A stretch of DNA of 64,000 nucleotides from Xanthobacteraceae bacterium (GCA_022844205.1 JALHMF010000004.1:52979-116978); one strand, 5' to 3'; numbered from the stretch's first letter, positions 53,822 through 64,000 are shown. Notes: a model not told the origin generated them from the letters alone. Program-made: numbers and translations.

Positions 53822-54970
53822 TTACGACTCCGAAAGAACCTGTCTTGCGATGACGACCTTCTGCACTTCCGAGGCACCCTCATAGATGCGGAGTGCGCGA
53901 ATTTCGCGATAGAGGCTTTCGACAATATGCCCGCGGCGCACGCCGTCGCCGCCGTGAATCTGCACGGCCTTGTCGATCACGCGCTGCGCGCGTTCCGTCG
54001 CATAGAGTTTCGCCATCGCCGCCTCGCGCGTGACGCGGGCCGTACCCATGTCTTTCGCCCATGCCGCGCGATAGACGAGGAGTGCTGCCGCATCCACATC
54101 GAGCGCCATTTCGGCAAGCTGCGCCTGTACCATTTGCAATTCCGCCAGCGGCGCGCCAAACAATTCGCGCTGCTTCGCGCGTTTGACCGATTCCTCCAGC
54201 GCGCGGCGTGCGAAGCCGAGCGCGGCGGCGCCGACCGTGGTGCGGAAGACATCGAGCGTCGCCATCGCGATCTTGAAGCCTTCGCCGGGCTTGCCGATCA
54301 TGTTCGCCGCCGGGACACGGGCGTTCTTGAAATGCAGCCGGGCGAGGGGATGCGGCGCGATCACTTCCAGCCGCTCGCCAATGCTAAGCCCCTGCTGGTT
54401 GGCGGGAACGATGAAGGCGGACAAGCCCTTGGCACCCGGCGCTTCCCCGGTGCGGGCGAACACGATGTAAAAATCCGCGATGCCGCCGTTGGAAATCCAG
54501 GTCTTCTCGCCGTCGAGCAGATAGCTGTCAGCTTCACGCTTCGCAGAGAGTTCAATCCGCGCCACATCCGAGCCGGATTTTGGCTCCGTCAGCGCGAAGG
54601 CAGCGATGGCTTCGCCCTTGCGGGTCTTCGCGAGCCACTTCTTTTGTTCGACCGTGCCGAAAAAAGTAATCGCGCCCGCACCCAGCCCCTGCATCGCGAA
54701 CGAAAAGTCAGCGAGCCCGTCGAAACGCGCGAGCGTCTCGCGCATCAGGCAGAGCGTGCGCACATCGAGCGCGCTGCCTTTCTCCGGATCGGGTGCCGTG
54801 TGCAGAAGAAATCCGTCGCGGCCGAGCTTGGCGACAATTCCTCGGCAGGCTGTATCGACATCCTTGTGATCGACCGGAAGGTTCGTATTGCACCATCGCT
54901 CGATTTCCGTTGCGAGCGCGCGGTGACGCTCCTCGAAGAACGGCCAGTTCAAAAAACTTCTGTCGGCCAT
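53822..54970 (-). CDS. acyl-CoA dehydrogenase
   Basis: 382 aa from ATG 54970. [17 protein letters not shown] and the C-terminal IYEGASEVQ are ACAD-family blocks. Confidence 0.9.
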   Translation of the reverse strand: MADRSFLNWPFFEERHRALATEIERWCNTNLPVDHKDVDTACRGIVAKLGRDGFLLHTAPDPEKGSALDVRTLCLMRETLARFDGLADFSFAMQGLGAGAITFFGTVEQKKWLAKTRKGEAIAAFALTEPKSGSDVARIELSAKREADSYLLDGEKTWISNGGIADFYIVFARTGEAPGAKGLSAFIVPANQQGLSIGERLEVIAPHPLARLHFKNARVPAANMIGKPGEGFKIAMATLDVFRTTVGAAALGFARRALEESVKRAKQRELFGAPLAELQMVQAQLAEMALDVDAAALLVYRAAWAKDMGTARVTREAAMAKLYATERAQRVIDKAVQIHGGDGVRRGHIVESLYREIRALRIYEGASEVQKVVIARQVLSES

Positions 54971-55782
54971 CAGTTGCCCTCGAACACCGGTTTTTGTTTC
55001 GCGGCAAACGCCTTGTAGGCGCGCTCGAAATCGGCCGTCTGCATGCAGATCGCCTGCGCCTGCGCCTCCGCCTCGATCGCCTGTTCGAGCGACATCGACC
55101 ATTCCTGGTTCAGCTGGGTTTTTGTAATGCCATGCGCGAAGGTTGGCCCGAGGCTCATCTGGTGCGCGAGCGCCAGCGCCACACCTTCCAGCGCTTTCTG
55201 TTCGACGAGCCTGTTGTAGAAGCCCCAGCGTTCGCCTTCCTCGGCGCTGAAGGTACGGCCGGTATAAAGAAGTTCAGCCGCGCGGCCCTGACCGATGATG
55301 CGGGGGAGGATCGCGCAGGCGCCCATGTCGCAGCCGGCAAGGCCGACGCGCGTGAACAGAAAAGCAGTCTTCGCTTCGGGTGTCGCGAGGCGCATGTCGG
55401 ACGCCATCGCGATGATGGCGCCCGCACCGACGCAGACGCCATCGACCGCCGAAATGATCGGCTTGCCGCAATTGAGCATTGCCTTCACGAGATCGCCGGT
55501 CATGCGGGTGAAGTCGAGCAGTTGCTTCATGTCCATTTTGACGAGCGGCCCGATGATGTCGTGCACGTCGCCGCCCGAACAGAAATTGCCGCCATTCGAC
55601 AGGAACACCACGCCGTGAATGTCTTCGGCATATTTCAGGGCAAAGAATGTATCGCGCAGCTCCGCGTAGGAATCGAAGGTGAGGGGATTTTTCCGGTCGG
55701 GCCGGTTGAGCTGGATCACGCCGACGCTGTTCTCGGCGCGCCAGAGAAAATGCTTCGGGGCGAGTTTCGCCATCTTGGTCAT
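54970..55782 (-). CDS. enoyl-CoA hydratase/isomerase (crotonase) family protein
   Basis: 270 aa from ATG 55782. [21 protein letters not shown] and [10 protein letters not shown] are oxyanion-hole blocks. Confidence 0.9.
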   Translation of the reverse strand: MTKMAKLAPKHFLWRAENSVGVIQLNRPDRKNPLTFDSYAELRDTFFALKYAEDIHGVVFLSNGGNFCSGGDVHDIIGPLVKMDMKQLLDFTRMTGDLVKAMLNCGKPIISAVDGVCVGAGAIIAMASDMRLATPEAKTAFLFTRVGLAGCDMGACAILPRIIGQGRAAELLYTGRTFSAEEGERWGFYNRLVEQKALEGVALALAHQMSLGPTFAHGITKTQLNQEWSMSLEQAIEAEAQAQAICMQTADFERAYKAFAAKQKPVFEGN

Positions 55783-56255
55783 GCTTCGCCCTCCCAGTTG
55801 CTGCGAAACGATTTCAGTTTCGCCGACATGTCGTTGGCATCCCTTGACGAGACTTCCTTTAGCAATTCGTCGATCCAGCTCTGATGCGCGCTCGCCATCT
55901 CTTCGAACAGAGTCTTGCCCTTGCGTGTGAGCTTGATGATCGAGGTGCGCCGGTCGCCATCGCGAAGCGAGCGCTCCGCCAGCTTGTCGGATACGAGCCG
56001 GTCCACGATGCCGGTGATGTTGCCGTTCGAGACCATCAGGAAGCGGGAGATTTCGCTCATCAGCATTCCCTCCTGCTTGCGATAGAGTGCCGCCATCACG
56101 TCGAAGCGCGGCAATGTCACATCGAATTCGGTCTTGAAGCGTTCGCGCACGGTATTTTCGATCAGGCGGCTCGCGCGCAGAAGACGAAGCCACAGGCGCA
56201 GCTTTGTCTTGCCGTTCAGTTTTTCGCCGCGCGCGGGAAGGGGAGCGCTGACCAT
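55779..56255 (-). CDS. MarR-family transcriptional regulator
   Basis: 158 aa from ATG 56255. It has the winged [43 protein letters not shown] and is translationally coupled at both ends. Confidence 0.8.
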   Translation of the reverse strand: MVSAPLPARGEKLNGKTKLRLWLRLLRASRLIENTVRERFKTEFDVTLPRFDVMAALYRKQEGMLMSEISRFLMVSNGNITGIVDRLVSDKLAERSLRDGDRRTSIIKLTRKGKTLFEEMASAHQSWIDELLKEVSSRDANDMSAKLKSFRSNWEGEA

Positions 56256-58546
56256 CAGACCCTCACAGTTGCGGAATCGACACGCGTGGAAATCCGATAC
56301 AGCTGGTCGCGGCCCGGCAGATAGGGTTCCGGCCACTTCTCCTGCGTGTCGCCGAGTGCCGCCGCCGCATGCAGCGTCCAGTACGGATCGGCCAGATGCG
56401 GCCGCGCGAGGCAGACGAGATCGGCACGGCCCGCCATCAGGATCGAGTTGACGTGATCCGGTTCAAAGATATTGCCGACCGCCATGGTCGCCATGCCGGT
56501 CTCGTTGCGGATGCGGTCGGAAAACGGCGTCTGGAACATGCGGCCGTAAACCGGCTTTGCGCGTGTGCTGGTCTGGCCCGCGGACACGTCGCAGATATCG
56601 ACACCCGCCTCGCGCAGCAGGCGCGCGATCTTGACGGCTTCGCCCGGCGTGACGCCCTGATCGCCCATCCAGTCACTGGCGGAAATACGCACCGAAATCG
56701 GTTTCTCGTCCGGCCACACCGCGCGGACGGCGCGGAAGATTTCCAGCGGATAGCGCATGCGGTTTTCAAGCGAGCCGCCGTAATCGTCGGTGCGGTTGTT
56801 CGTGATCGGCGTGATAAAGGAGGAGAGCAGATAGCCGTGCGCGCAGTGCAGTTCCAGCATGTCGAAGCCGGCACGGTCCGCCATCTTCGCGGCATGCACG
56901 AACTGGTCGCGCACGCGGTCCATGTCGGCGCGGTCCATCCGCTTTGGCGTCTGGTTTTGCGGCGACCACGGAATTTCCGATGCCGAAAGAATCGGCCAGT
57001 TGCCGGATTTCAGCGGAGCATCGGATTCTTCCCAGCCAAGCTGCGTCGATCCTTTGGCGCCCGAATGGCCGAGCTGGCAGCAGATTTTTGCGTCGGTTTC
57101 CGTGTGTACGAAATCGACGATGCGTTTCCACGCCGTCTCATGCTCCGGCGCATACAGGCCGGTGCAGCCGGGCGAGATGCGGCCTTCCGGCGAAACGCAG
57201 GTCATCTCGACGGTGACGAGCCCGGCGCCGCCTTTTGCGCGTTCGCCGTAATGCACTAGATGCCAGTCGTTCGGCGTGCCGTCCTTCGCCTTGTATTGCG
57301 CCATCGGCGAAACGACAATCCGGTTCTTCAGTGTGAGGCCGCGTAGCTTGAGCGGCGCGAACATCGGCCGGCGCACATTCTCGGCGTTGCTGCCCGCCTG
57401 CCGCTGGAACCAGGCTTCGGCATCGCCAAGCCATTCCCTATCGCGCAGACGCAAATTCTCGTGGCTGATGCGCTGCGAGCGGGTGAGGAGCGAATAGGTG
57501 AACTGCACCGGATCGAGATGCAAATAGCGCTCGACCTCCTCGAACCATTCGAGCGAATTCCGCGCCGCGGACTGCAGCCGCAGCACTTCCGTGCGGCGCG
57601 CGTCCTCGTATTTCTGGAACGCGTCCTGCATGGATTTCTCGCTGTGCAGGTACTCCGTCATCGCGATGGCGCTCTCCAGCGCCAGTTTGGTGCCGGAGCC
57701 GATGGAGAAATGTGCTGTCGCCGCGGCGTCGCCCATCAGCACGATGTTCTTGTAAGACCACTTCTCGCAGAGCACGCGCGGAAAATTCAGCCAGCCCGAG
57801 CCGCGCAAGTGTTTTGCGTTCGACATCAAGCCATGGCCCCCGAGATAGTTTGCAAAGATGCGCTCGCAAACGGCGATCGAATCTTCCCTTGACATCTCGT
57901 TGAATCCGAATTTCGCGAAGGTCTCCTCCGAGCATTCGACGATGAACGTCGCCGTGGTTTTGTCGAACTGGTAGGCATGCGCCCACACCCAGCCATGCTC
58001 GGTCTGCTCAAATATGAATGTAAAGGCGTCATCGAATTTCTGATGCGTGCCGAGCCAGACGAATTTGCATTTGCGAAGTTCGATTTCCGGCTTGAAATGC
58101 CCGGCGAATTCCGTCCGTACTTTTGAATTCAGCCCGTCGGCGGCAATGACGAGGTCGTAGGATTTCGCGAATTCCGCTGCACGCTCGACTTCCGTTTCGA
58201 AATGCAGCTTTACGCCAAGCTCGCGCGCGCGCTGCTGGAGCAGGACCAGCAACTGCTTCCGCCCGATGCCGCAAAAGCCGTGGCCGCCGGAAACGATCGA
58301 CCGGCCACGGTAATGCACTGCGATGTCATCCCAATAGGCGAAGTGCTGCCGGATCGTCTCCGCACTGACGGGATCGTTGGCCGCGAGATTTTGCAGGGTT
58401 TCGTCGGAGAGCACCACACCCCAGCCGAACGTGTCGTCGGCCTTGTTGCGCTCGAACACGGCGACCTCGTGCGAAGGATCGCGCAGCTTCATGCTGATCG
58501 CGAAATAAAGCCCAGCCGGTCCGCCGCCGAGGCACGCAACGTTCAT
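56255..58546 (-). CDS. bifunctional FAD monooxygenase / Old-Yellow-Enzyme-type reductase (salicylyl-CoA 5-hydroxylase or 2-aminobenzoyl-CoA monooxygenase/reductase type)
   Basis: 763 aa from ATG 58546. The N-terminal half carries [14 protein letters not shown] and [14 protein letters not shown] flavin-hydroxylase motifs. The C-terminal half carries [18 protein letters not shown] and [14 protein letters not shown] motifs. Confidence 0.8.
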   Translation of the reverse strand: MNVACLGGGPAGLYFAISMKLRDPSHEVAVFERNKADDTFGWGVVLSDETLQNLAANDPVSAETIRQHFAYWDDIAVHYRGRSIVSGGHGFCGIGRKQLLVLLQQRARELGVKLHFETEVERAAEFAKSYDLVIAADGLNSKVRTEFAGHFKPEIELRKCKFVWLGTHQKFDDAFTFIFEQTEHGWVWAHAYQFDKTTATFIVECSEETFAKFGFNEMSREDSIAVCERIFANYLGGHGLMSNAKHLRGSGWLNFPRVLCEKWSYKNIVLMGDAAATAHFSIGSGTKLALESAIAMTEYLHSEKSMQDAFQKYEDARRTEVLRLQSAARNSLEWFEEVERYLHLDPVQFTYSLLTRSQRISHENLRLRDREWLGDAEAWFQRQAGSNAENVRRPMFAPLKLRGLTLKNRIVVSPMAQYKAKDGTPNDWHLVHYGERAKGGAGLVTVEMTCVSPEGRISPGCTGLYAPEHETAWKRIVDFVHTETDAKICCQLGHSGAKGSTQLGWEESDAPLKSGNWPILSASEIPWSPQNQTPKRMDRADMDRVRDQFVHAAKMADRAGFDMLELHCAHGYLLSSFITPITNNRTDDYGGSLENRMRYPLEIFRAVRAVWPDEKPISVRISASDWMGDQGVTPGEAVKIARLLREAGVDICDVSAGQTSTRAKPVYGRMFQTPFSDRIRNETGMATMAVGNIFEPDHVNSILMAGRADLVCLARPHLADPYWTLHAAAALGDTQEKWPEPYLPGRDQLYRISTRVDSATVRV

Positions 58547-58766
58547 GCGATGCCGCACCTTTCCTTTACGAGGCGTCACAGCCTCGCATCGGCCGGAATT
58601 TATTTCAAGCTTAAAAAGTTCATGATTGAACAATTCAACAGGCAGGGCCGCTTTTTGTGGGGAAATCGCTTTCGCCCTTTCCGATGCGTTCGAATTCAGC
58701 TACCCCCAACAGTTCCGTACCTGCTTCTACCGCATTGCAACAACAGCCCCGTTCACGAGCCGGATT

Positions 58767-59120
58767 TTGGAACGCATCCTCAACGCCACACTCAACAGCT
58801 ATCGCGGCTTGCGCCATGCGTTCCTCACCGAAGCCGCCTTCCGGGAAGAGGTCATCGCTTTCGCCCTGGCGCTTCCGCTTGGCTGGTTCATTGCGCCAGG
58901 CCCGGGCTGGTATGTCGCCATGATCGGCTCTCTGCTCGCCGTGATGGCGGTTGAACTCCTGAATACCGGCATTGAAAGGCTGTCCGACCACGTTACGCCG
59001 GATCATCACCCGGCCATCGGGCGGGTAAAGGATTACGGGTCGGCGGCCGTTTTCTGCGGCCTGTCGCTTGCGGGGCTGGTCTGGCTGGTGGCACTCGGAA
59101 TCCGGATCGGCCTGATCTGA
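58767..59120 (+). CDS. dgkA: diacylglycerol kinase
   Basis: From ILNATLNSYRGLRHAFLTEAAFREE to the end, the sequence is colinear with my recollection of E. coli DgkA (SWKGLRAAWINEAAFRQE ... VEILNSAIE ... KDMGSAAV). The TTG at 58767 gives about 117 aa. The track ORF from 58626 adds 47 non-homologous residues, so the start is uncertain. Confidence 0.75.
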   Translation: MERILNATLNSYRGLRHAFLTEAAFREEVIAFALALPLGWFIAPGPGWYVAMIGSLLAVMAVELLNTGIERLSDHVTPDHHPAIGRVKDYGSAAVFCGLSLAGLVWLVALGIRIGLI

Positions 59121-59228
59121 GCCACCGCTCGCAAAAATCGCCCGATGCCAAACAGTTAAGCTTGCCACGACAATTTTATTACAGAATGATGACGTTTAGC
59201 CGTCGCCGTACCGGCGCGGCCTGTTGGG

Positions 59229-60950
59229 TTGCTGGACGCGTACCGGGCCATGTTGCCGGGCATTTTGCTATCTGGGTTCGTTGCGTCCGCCAAAGCTGCG
59301 GAAAGCAGGCGCGCCGGCATTTTGATTATCGCGGGCATTCATCTCATCGCGCTGGCATTGATGCTCTGGTCGGAATCCGAATGGATTTCGATGGCCGCCT
59401 TCGCGCTGACCTGGGGTCTCCTGAATTTCTGCTGGCTGGTGCTGCTGAAACGGCCTTCGCTCGCCGCCGCGTTCTCGCTCGCGATCTTTGTCGTGATCGT
59501 GCTGCTCTCGCGCTTCAAGCATGACACCTTCTTCCTTACGGCGAATTTCATCGACGTCATGTTCATCGACGACGACACGATCCGCTTTCTGCTTGCGATT
59601 TTCCCGCAGCTTTCCCTGATGATCGTTGCGATGATGCTGATTGCGATTCCGGCGATGATCTATGCATGGCGGGTGGATCGCTTCCGCATCCGCCGCAGGT
59701 TCGCGGGTCCTGCCGCCGCTCTCTGTTTTTCAGGGCTCGCCGCCATCGCCTTTGCGGCGCCGATCGGGCAGGATCAGGAATTCATCAACGACAATTACAT
59801 TTCGAAATTCGCCCGCTTCGGCTCCATCGCGGTAATCGATTATTTCACGCGGGGATTGCTGGAGTCGGATGCGGATGTTGTCGAGCGGCTGAAGCCGGTC
59901 GACGATAAATGTATTCTGCCGCGCAAGGCGCCGCACATCGTCTTGATCCTCGACGAGTCGAGCTTCGATGCGAGCCAGGTGCCGAACCTGAAGCTCCCCG
60001 CCAACTATCGCAATCACTTCCGCTCCTACGACGGCAAGATACGCACGCTGCAGGTGGAAAGCGTCAGCGGGCCTACCTGGTATACCGAATATAATGTGCT
60101 GACCGGGCTTTCCGTGCGCTCCTACGGCCGCTTCGCCGATGCGGTGACCCGCATCGCCGCGGGCCGCGTGGAGCGCGGACTGCCGCATGCCTTGCGCCGC
60201 TGCGGTTATCGCACCTTCAGCCAGTATCCATGGCTCGGCAATTTCCTCGGCGCGAGAAATTTCCATCGCTCGACCGGCATCGAGCATTTTATGGATGCCA
60301 AGGATCTCGGCACGCTCGAAATCCAGCCGGACAGTTTTTACTATGACGCGGTGGTCCGGCTGATCCGGAAGGAACGGGCCAACGGCCCCATGTTCGTGTT
60401 CGCCTACACGATGGCGAACCACATGCCGTGGACTTATCGTTACCGCCCCGACCTCGCATCCGGATGGAAGGATCCGGGCAATCCCGGCGAGACGGATGAA
60501 TATCTGCGCCGCCAGTCGATGAGCGAAACCGATTACAGGCAACTGGTCGCGAAATTGAAGAAGGAATTTCAGGGCGAGCCGTTCCTGGTCGTCCGTTTCG
60601 GCGATCACCAGCCCTACTTCGCCAAGCAAGTGATCGACGATGCAGCAGACGCCGCCGGCGTCGCGCGCAACATCGCGGATTTCGACCAGCGCTACTACAC
60701 AACCTATTATGCAATCGACGCCATCAACTTCACGCCGCCGAGCCTTGCTTCCGCGATCAACAATCTCGATGCGCCGTATCTGCCGCTGGTGGTGCTGGAG
60801 GCGGCGGGCGTTCCACCCGATCCTTCCTTCGCCGAACAGAAGCGCATGTTCCTGCGCTGCGACGGCCGCTTCTATTCTTGCAAGGATGGTGCGGAATCCC
60901 GGCGCTTCAACCGGCTGCTGATTGAAGCCGGGCTGATCAAGGGCCTTTGA
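59229..60950 (+). CDS. membrane-anchored sulfatase-like hydrolase/transferase (LTA-synthase / phosphoglycerol-transferase family)
   Basis: 573 aa from TTG 59229, with an alternative ATG at 59250. It has about five N-terminal TM segments followed by an alkaline-phosphatase-superfamily domain (HIVLILDESSFD ... SGPTWYTEYNVLTG ... NHMPW). Confidence 0.7.
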   Translation: MLDAYRAMLPGILLSGFVASAKAAESRRAGILIIAGIHLIALALMLWSESEWISMAAFALTWGLLNFCWLVLLKRPSLAAAFSLAIFVVIVLLSRFKHDTFFLTANFIDVMFIDDDTIRFLLAIFPQLSLMIVAMMLIAIPAMIYAWRVDRFRIRRRFAGPAAALCFSGLAAIAFAAPIGQDQEFINDNYISKFARFGSIAVIDYFTRGLLESDADVVERLKPVDDKCILPRKAPHIVLILDESSFDASQVPNLKLPANYRNHFRSYDGKIRTLQVESVSGPTWYTEYNVLTGLSVRSYGRFADAVTRIAAGRVERGLPHALRRCGYRTFSQYPWLGNFLGARNFHRSTGIEHFMDAKDLGTLEIQPDSFYYDAVVRLIRKERANGPMFVFAYTMANHMPWTYRYRPDLASGWKDPGNPGETDEYLRRQSMSETDYRQLVAKLKKEFQGEPFLVVRFGDHQPYFAKQVIDDAADAAGVARNIADFDQRYYTTYYAIDAINFTPPSLASAINNLDAPYLPLVVLEAAGVPPDPSFAEQKRMFLRCDGRFYSCKDGAESRRFNRLLIEAGLIKGL

Positions 60951-61074
60951 ACGCCTATTTGCGCCGCGCCTCAAAACTCGGCAGATTTCCAGCAAGCCAG
61001 AAACCATGAACCAAGGCCGCACTTGACCGGCCATCCACGCGGCCCGACAACAGCCGCACTCAAGGGAGGATCGA

Positions 61075-62052
61075 ATGAAACGCAAATCCATTTACGCCGC
61101 ACTTGCCGGTGTCATCGCACTCACCGGCCTCGCGGTCGCTCAGCAATTTCCCGCCCGCCCGATCACCATGGTGATCCCGTTCGCAGCCGGCGGCCCGACC
61201 GACGTGCTTGGCCGCGTGGTCGCGGCACGCATGACGGATGTGGTCGGTCAGCAGGTGGTCGTTGAAAACGTCGGCGGCGCCGGCGGCATGCTCGGCGGCG
61301 ACCGCGTCGCGCGCGGCGCGGCCGATGGCTACCAGATGCTGCTCGGCACGGTCGGCACGCAGGCACAGGGTCAGACGCTTTACAAAAAGCCGCTCTATAA
61401 CTCCGTCACCGACTTCAAGCCGGTGGCTTTGCTGGCACAGGTCCCGATCGCGCTCGTCGTGAAGGCCGACCTGCCGGTGAAGGACCTGAAGGAATTCATC
61501 GCCTACGCGCAGACGAACCAGAAGAAGATGCAGTTTGGCTCGGCCGGTCCTGGTTCGGCCACGCATCTAGGCTGCGTGCTCCTGAATTATGTGCTGAAAC
61601 TCGACATCACGCACATCCCTTATAAGGGCACGGGTCCGGCGATGCAGGATCTGATCGGCGGCAACATCGATTATCTATGCGAGATCATCACCACGGCGAA
61701 GCCGCAGGTCGATGGCGGCAAGGTGAAGGCGATTGCGCTGATGAACGCCACGCGCTCCCCTGCGCTTCCGAATCTGCCGACCGCCAAGGAGCAGGGCACC
61801 GACGGGCTTGAGGCCTACACCTGGAACGCGCTCTTCGTGCACAAGGATACGCCGGATGCCATCGTTGCCGCCCTGAACAAGGCAGCGATTGAGTCCGTGC
61901 AATCGCCCGGCGTGAAGGACCGTCTTGAAGGCCTTGGTGCGCAGATCGTGACCAAGGAGAACTCCACGCCGGAGTATCTCGGCAAGCTCCTGAAGGAAGA
62001 AATCGCGAAATGGGCGCCCGTCATCAAGGCCAGCGGCGTATCGATCGACTGA
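61075..62052 (+). CDS. Bug/TctC-family tripartite tricarboxylate transporter substrate-binding protein
   Basis: 325 aa with a signal peptide and FPARPITMVIPFAAGGPTD, the Bug-family hallmark. Confidence 0.85.
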   Translation: MKRKSIYAALAGVIALTGLAVAQQFPARPITMVIPFAAGGPTDVLGRVVAARMTDVVGQQVVVENVGGAGGMLGGDRVARGAADGYQMLLGTVGTQAQGQTLYKKPLYNSVTDFKPVALLAQVPIALVVKADLPVKDLKEFIAYAQTNQKKMQFGSAGPGSATHLGCVLLNYVLKLDITHIPYKGTGPAMQDLIGGNIDYLCEIITTAKPQVDGGKVKAIALMNATRSPALPNLPTAKEQGTDGLEAYTWNALFVHKDTPDAIVAALNKAAIESVQSPGVKDRLEGLGAQIVTKENSTPEYLGKLLKEEIAKWAPVIKASGVSID

Positions 62053-62867
62053 TGACAACGAAACCCCCACTCCGGATCGGCCTTGCCGGTCTCGGAGCGG
62101 TCGGCCGCGAAGTGGCAAAACGGCTGGAAGCCGGGCTCGATGGGCTTGTGCTTTCGGCCGTTTCCGTTCGAGACGCGGAAAAAGCGAAGCGCATCCTTCC
62201 GCGCATCGGGGCGGGCATCATAGCGGTCTCCGCCAAGGAACTGCCCGGCCATTGCGATGTGATCGTCGAATGTTTGCCGTCGTCGCTGTTCCGCGATGTG
62301 GCCGTTCCTGCGATCGACGCCGGCAAGATTTTCATGCCGCTGTCCGTCGGCCAGTTGCTGGAGCATTCCGATCTCGCAGAGCGTGCGAAGAAAACGGGTG
62401 CCCGCATCATCGTGCCGACCGGCGCGCTTCTCGGTTTGGACGCGGTGCGGGCCGCCGCCGAAGGAACAATTCATTCGGTGAGGATGGTGACGCGCAAGCC
62501 GCCGAAAGGCCTTGAGGGCGCGCCTTACCTGAAGGAACACAACATTTCCATGAACGACGTGAAAGCGCCGCTCAAGGTGTTCGACGGCACCGCGCGCGAA
62601 GGCGCAAAAGGCTTTCCCGCCAATCTCAATGTTGCGGCGGCCCTCAGCCTTGCCGGTGTCGGACCGGACAAGACGCGGCTCGAAATCTGGGCCGATCCGA
62701 CCGTGGACCGCAATACGCATACGATCGAGATCGATTCCGACAGCGCGCGATTCAAGATGACGATCGAGAACATTCCGTCGGAAAATCCGCGCACCGGAAA
62801 GATCACCGCACTCAGCACCGTGGCGGCGCTGCGCGGGCTGGTGTCCTCGTTGAAAGTCGGGACCTAG
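62052..62867 (+). CDS. aspartate dehydrogenase-like (NadX family) NAD(P)-dependent oxidoreductase
   Basis: 271 aa from ATG 62052 (1-nt overlap with the TctC stop). LRIGLAGLGAVG is the Rossmann block. GALLGLDAV, NLNVAAALSLAG and NTHTIEI follow the NadX domain pattern. Confidence 0.75.
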   Translation: MTTKPPLRIGLAGLGAVGREVAKRLEAGLDGLVLSAVSVRDAEKAKRILPRIGAGIIAVSAKELPGHCDVIVECLPSSLFRDVAVPAIDAGKIFMPLSVGQLLEHSDLAERAKKTGARIIVPTGALLGLDAVRAAAEGTIHSVRMVTRKPPKGLEGAPYLKEHNISMNDVKAPLKVFDGTAREGAKGFPANLNVAAALSLAGVGPDKTRLEIWADPTVDRNTHTIEIDSDSARFKMTIENIPSENPRTGKITALSTVAALRGLVSSLKVGT

Positions 62868-62868
62868 T

Positions 62869-63465
62869 TCAACCTTTGCAGGGTGGATGCCGCGGCGGCA
62901 CCGTGTCCTTGAACTCGGGAAAGCTCTTCCATGACGGCTCCGGAGGAGTGGCGCCCGGTGCGGGGACGTACATCGAGGGCTCGAGCAGTTGGAATTTCGG
63001 AATGTAGCGCGGGCAATTGGGAAAAATTGCCGTGGCCCTCACCCGCACGATCATCTGCGCGCCGGGTGTTTGAGCGAGCAGCGGATCGTCGCGCAGGACG
63101 CGGGCCTCGCCCTGCACCCGCAGCCGCCGCGGTTTTTCAAAATCCAGAAACAGCAGGCCCACATTCGCGTTTACCGAAATATTGCCAAGGCTGAGGAACA
63201 TTCCGTTCCCATCGTAATCCGGGAAAGCAAGTTCATCCGGTGCAGTTACACGCACAAAGCCTGGCGCGCCGCCCTTGTGGTTGCAGGTGGGCCGGCCGTC
63301 TGCGTCCGCCGTGGCCAGGAAAAACAGAAAGCAGCTTTCGATGAAATTCCTGTCACTCTCCGAGAACTTGGTTCTGGTGTTGACCTGTTCCAGCCGGTCG
63401 GAAAGGCGGCGGGTATCGAACAGATCCTGAAAGCGGCGATTTCCATCATGATACATGATGCTCAT
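62869..63465 (-). CDS. pyridoxamine 5'-phosphate oxidase-family (FMN-binding split barrel) protein
   Basis: 198 aa from ATG 63465. FFLATADADGRPTCNHKGGAPGFVRV is a typical PNPOx-like block. Confidence 0.7.
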   Translation of the reverse strand: MSIMYHDGNRRFQDLFDTRRLSDRLEQVNTRTKFSESDRNFIESCFLFFLATADADGRPTCNHKGGAPGFVRVTAPDELAFPDYDGNGMFLSLGNISVNANVGLLFLDFEKPRRLRVQGEARVLRDDPLLAQTPGAQMIVRVRATAIFPNCPRYIPKFQLLEPSMYVPAPGATPPEPSWKSFPEFKDTVPPRHPPCKG

Positions 63466-63602
63466 GGGATTACCCTGTTGGCCGGAGGGGGCGGCGGCCG
63501 GATACATTATGATCCTGAAACCCAAAAAAGGTCGATGCAGGCAAACCCGCGTTCAGTGCGGGAGCAGCACTGCGGGATTCGTAAGAACTGAAAAACCGGA
63601 GC

Positions 63603-64000
63603 TTAGGACGCGTATTTGATCGTGCAGCCGTAGACGCGCGAAAAACCGACCGACACCGGCTTCCCCTGTTTGATCTCGGTGAGCGCCTCATCGACGAAGT
63701 TGCGCGCCGTTTTCAGATCTTCCAGCCGGGCTGTCGGCTTGTCGTCGATGCCGCCCTTGTAAACCAGCGTTCCGGCGCCGGAGATCACATACATATGCGG
63801 GGTTGCGGTTGCGCCGTAAGCGCGTCCGGCCTGCCCCTTGGGATCGAACAGCACGGCCGTCGGTGCGGCGCCGCGATCTGCCGTGAGTTTGTTCGCCTCT
63901 GCAGGAGAGACATGCCCCTGTTCGCCGGGTGCCGATGAGATGACGGTGAGCCAGACGACGCCGTCCGCCGTCCATTTCTTCTGCAGGGCCTGCATGTTGT
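63603..64000 (-). CDS. thioredoxin-fold redoxin-family protein, 3' part (N-terminus outside the window)
   Basis: Open to the window edge, with C-terminal sequence ...VYKGGIDDKPTARLEDLKTARNFVDEALTEIKQGKPVSVGFSRVYGCTIKYAS. The family assignment rests on my recollection of similar redoxin proteins. Confidence 0.55.
   Translation of the reverse strand, partial: NMQALQKKWTADGVVWLTVISSAPGEQGHVSPAEANKLTADRGAAPTAVLFDPKGQAGRAYGATATPHMYVISGAGTLVYKGGIDDKPTARLEDLKTARNFVDEALTEIKQGKPVSVGFSRVYGCTIKYAS

Noticed and set aside
58626-58766. N-terminal 47-residue extension of the DgkA ORF
   Set aside because: Homology to DgkA, as I recall the E. coli protein, begins only around residue 48. The extension would also come within about 80 nt of the divergent hydroxylase start. 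The shorter TTG start is preferred, but it remains uncertain.
1-64000. CRISPR arrays, intact IS elements or transposases, prophage genes, toxin-antitoxin or known defence-system genes
   Set aside because: Reading both strands, I found no regularly spaced direct repeats and no transposase, integrase, phage or defence-type protein motifs. The only mobile-DNA traces are the short relics reported above.

Overview
High-GC, gene-dense 64-kb chromosomal segment with about 65 supported CDS. I found no rRNA, no intact tRNA, no CRISPR array and no intact IS or prophage. Gene content and REP-type palindromes look alphaproteobacterial (Rhizobiales/Bradyrhizobiaceae-like), which is inference only.

Left to right:
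- 3-1112: partial parvulin PPIase and a beta-carbonic anhydrase.
- 1351-19828: two paralogous three-subunit molybdenum hydroxylase operons (FAD, 2Fe-2S and Mo subunits), each next to a paralogous TetR regulator and AT-rich TTATCA/TGATAA-type palindromes. Copy 1 sits beside a VOC protein and a 2,6-dihydroxypyridine-hydroxylase-like flavin monooxygenase. Copy 2 is fused to a 5-gene Liv-type ABC importer and a CoxG-like gene. A convergent HisD-like dehydrogenase plus SDR pair lies between the two copies.
- 20112-23340: SOUL haem-binding protein, then a roughly 500-bp AT-rich non-coding stretch with a tRNA 3'-end-like relic. Next come a hydroxyquinol-type intradiol dioxygenase, a TctC-type binding protein and a decayed coxG fragment.
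- 23475-29109: ugpBAEC operon translationally coupled to glpK.
- 29295-38635: sugar-nucleotide/glycan locus. It holds a TylF-type O-methyltransferase, three NDP-sugar SDR enzymes (including UDP-xylose synthase) and three tandem, translationally coupled paralogues of an uncharacterised GT-B/CgeB-like protein. A cytoplasmic GH-A-like hydrolase and an SPFH protein complete it. It has no export, polymerase or priming genes and is my best candidate for an undescribed system.
- 38663-51547: complete Sox thiosulfate-oxidation locus. soxYZBCDEFH plus a cytochrome c run on the minus strand, divergent from soxAX and a Tat-exported DsrE-like gene. soxW, a soxS-like gene, soxR and soxT follow.
- 51586-58546: CoA-dependent aromatic acid operon (MarR, bifunctional salicylyl/2-aminobenzoyl-CoA hydroxylase-reductase, enoyl-CoA hydratase, acyl-CoA dehydrogenase, aryl-CoA ligase, RidA).
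- 58767-64000: dgkA, a membrane sulfatase-like transferase, TctC plus an aspartate-dehydrogenase-like gene, a PNPOx-family protein and a partial redoxin.

All functional calls rest on motifs I recognise in the translations and on synteny. No database search was run.
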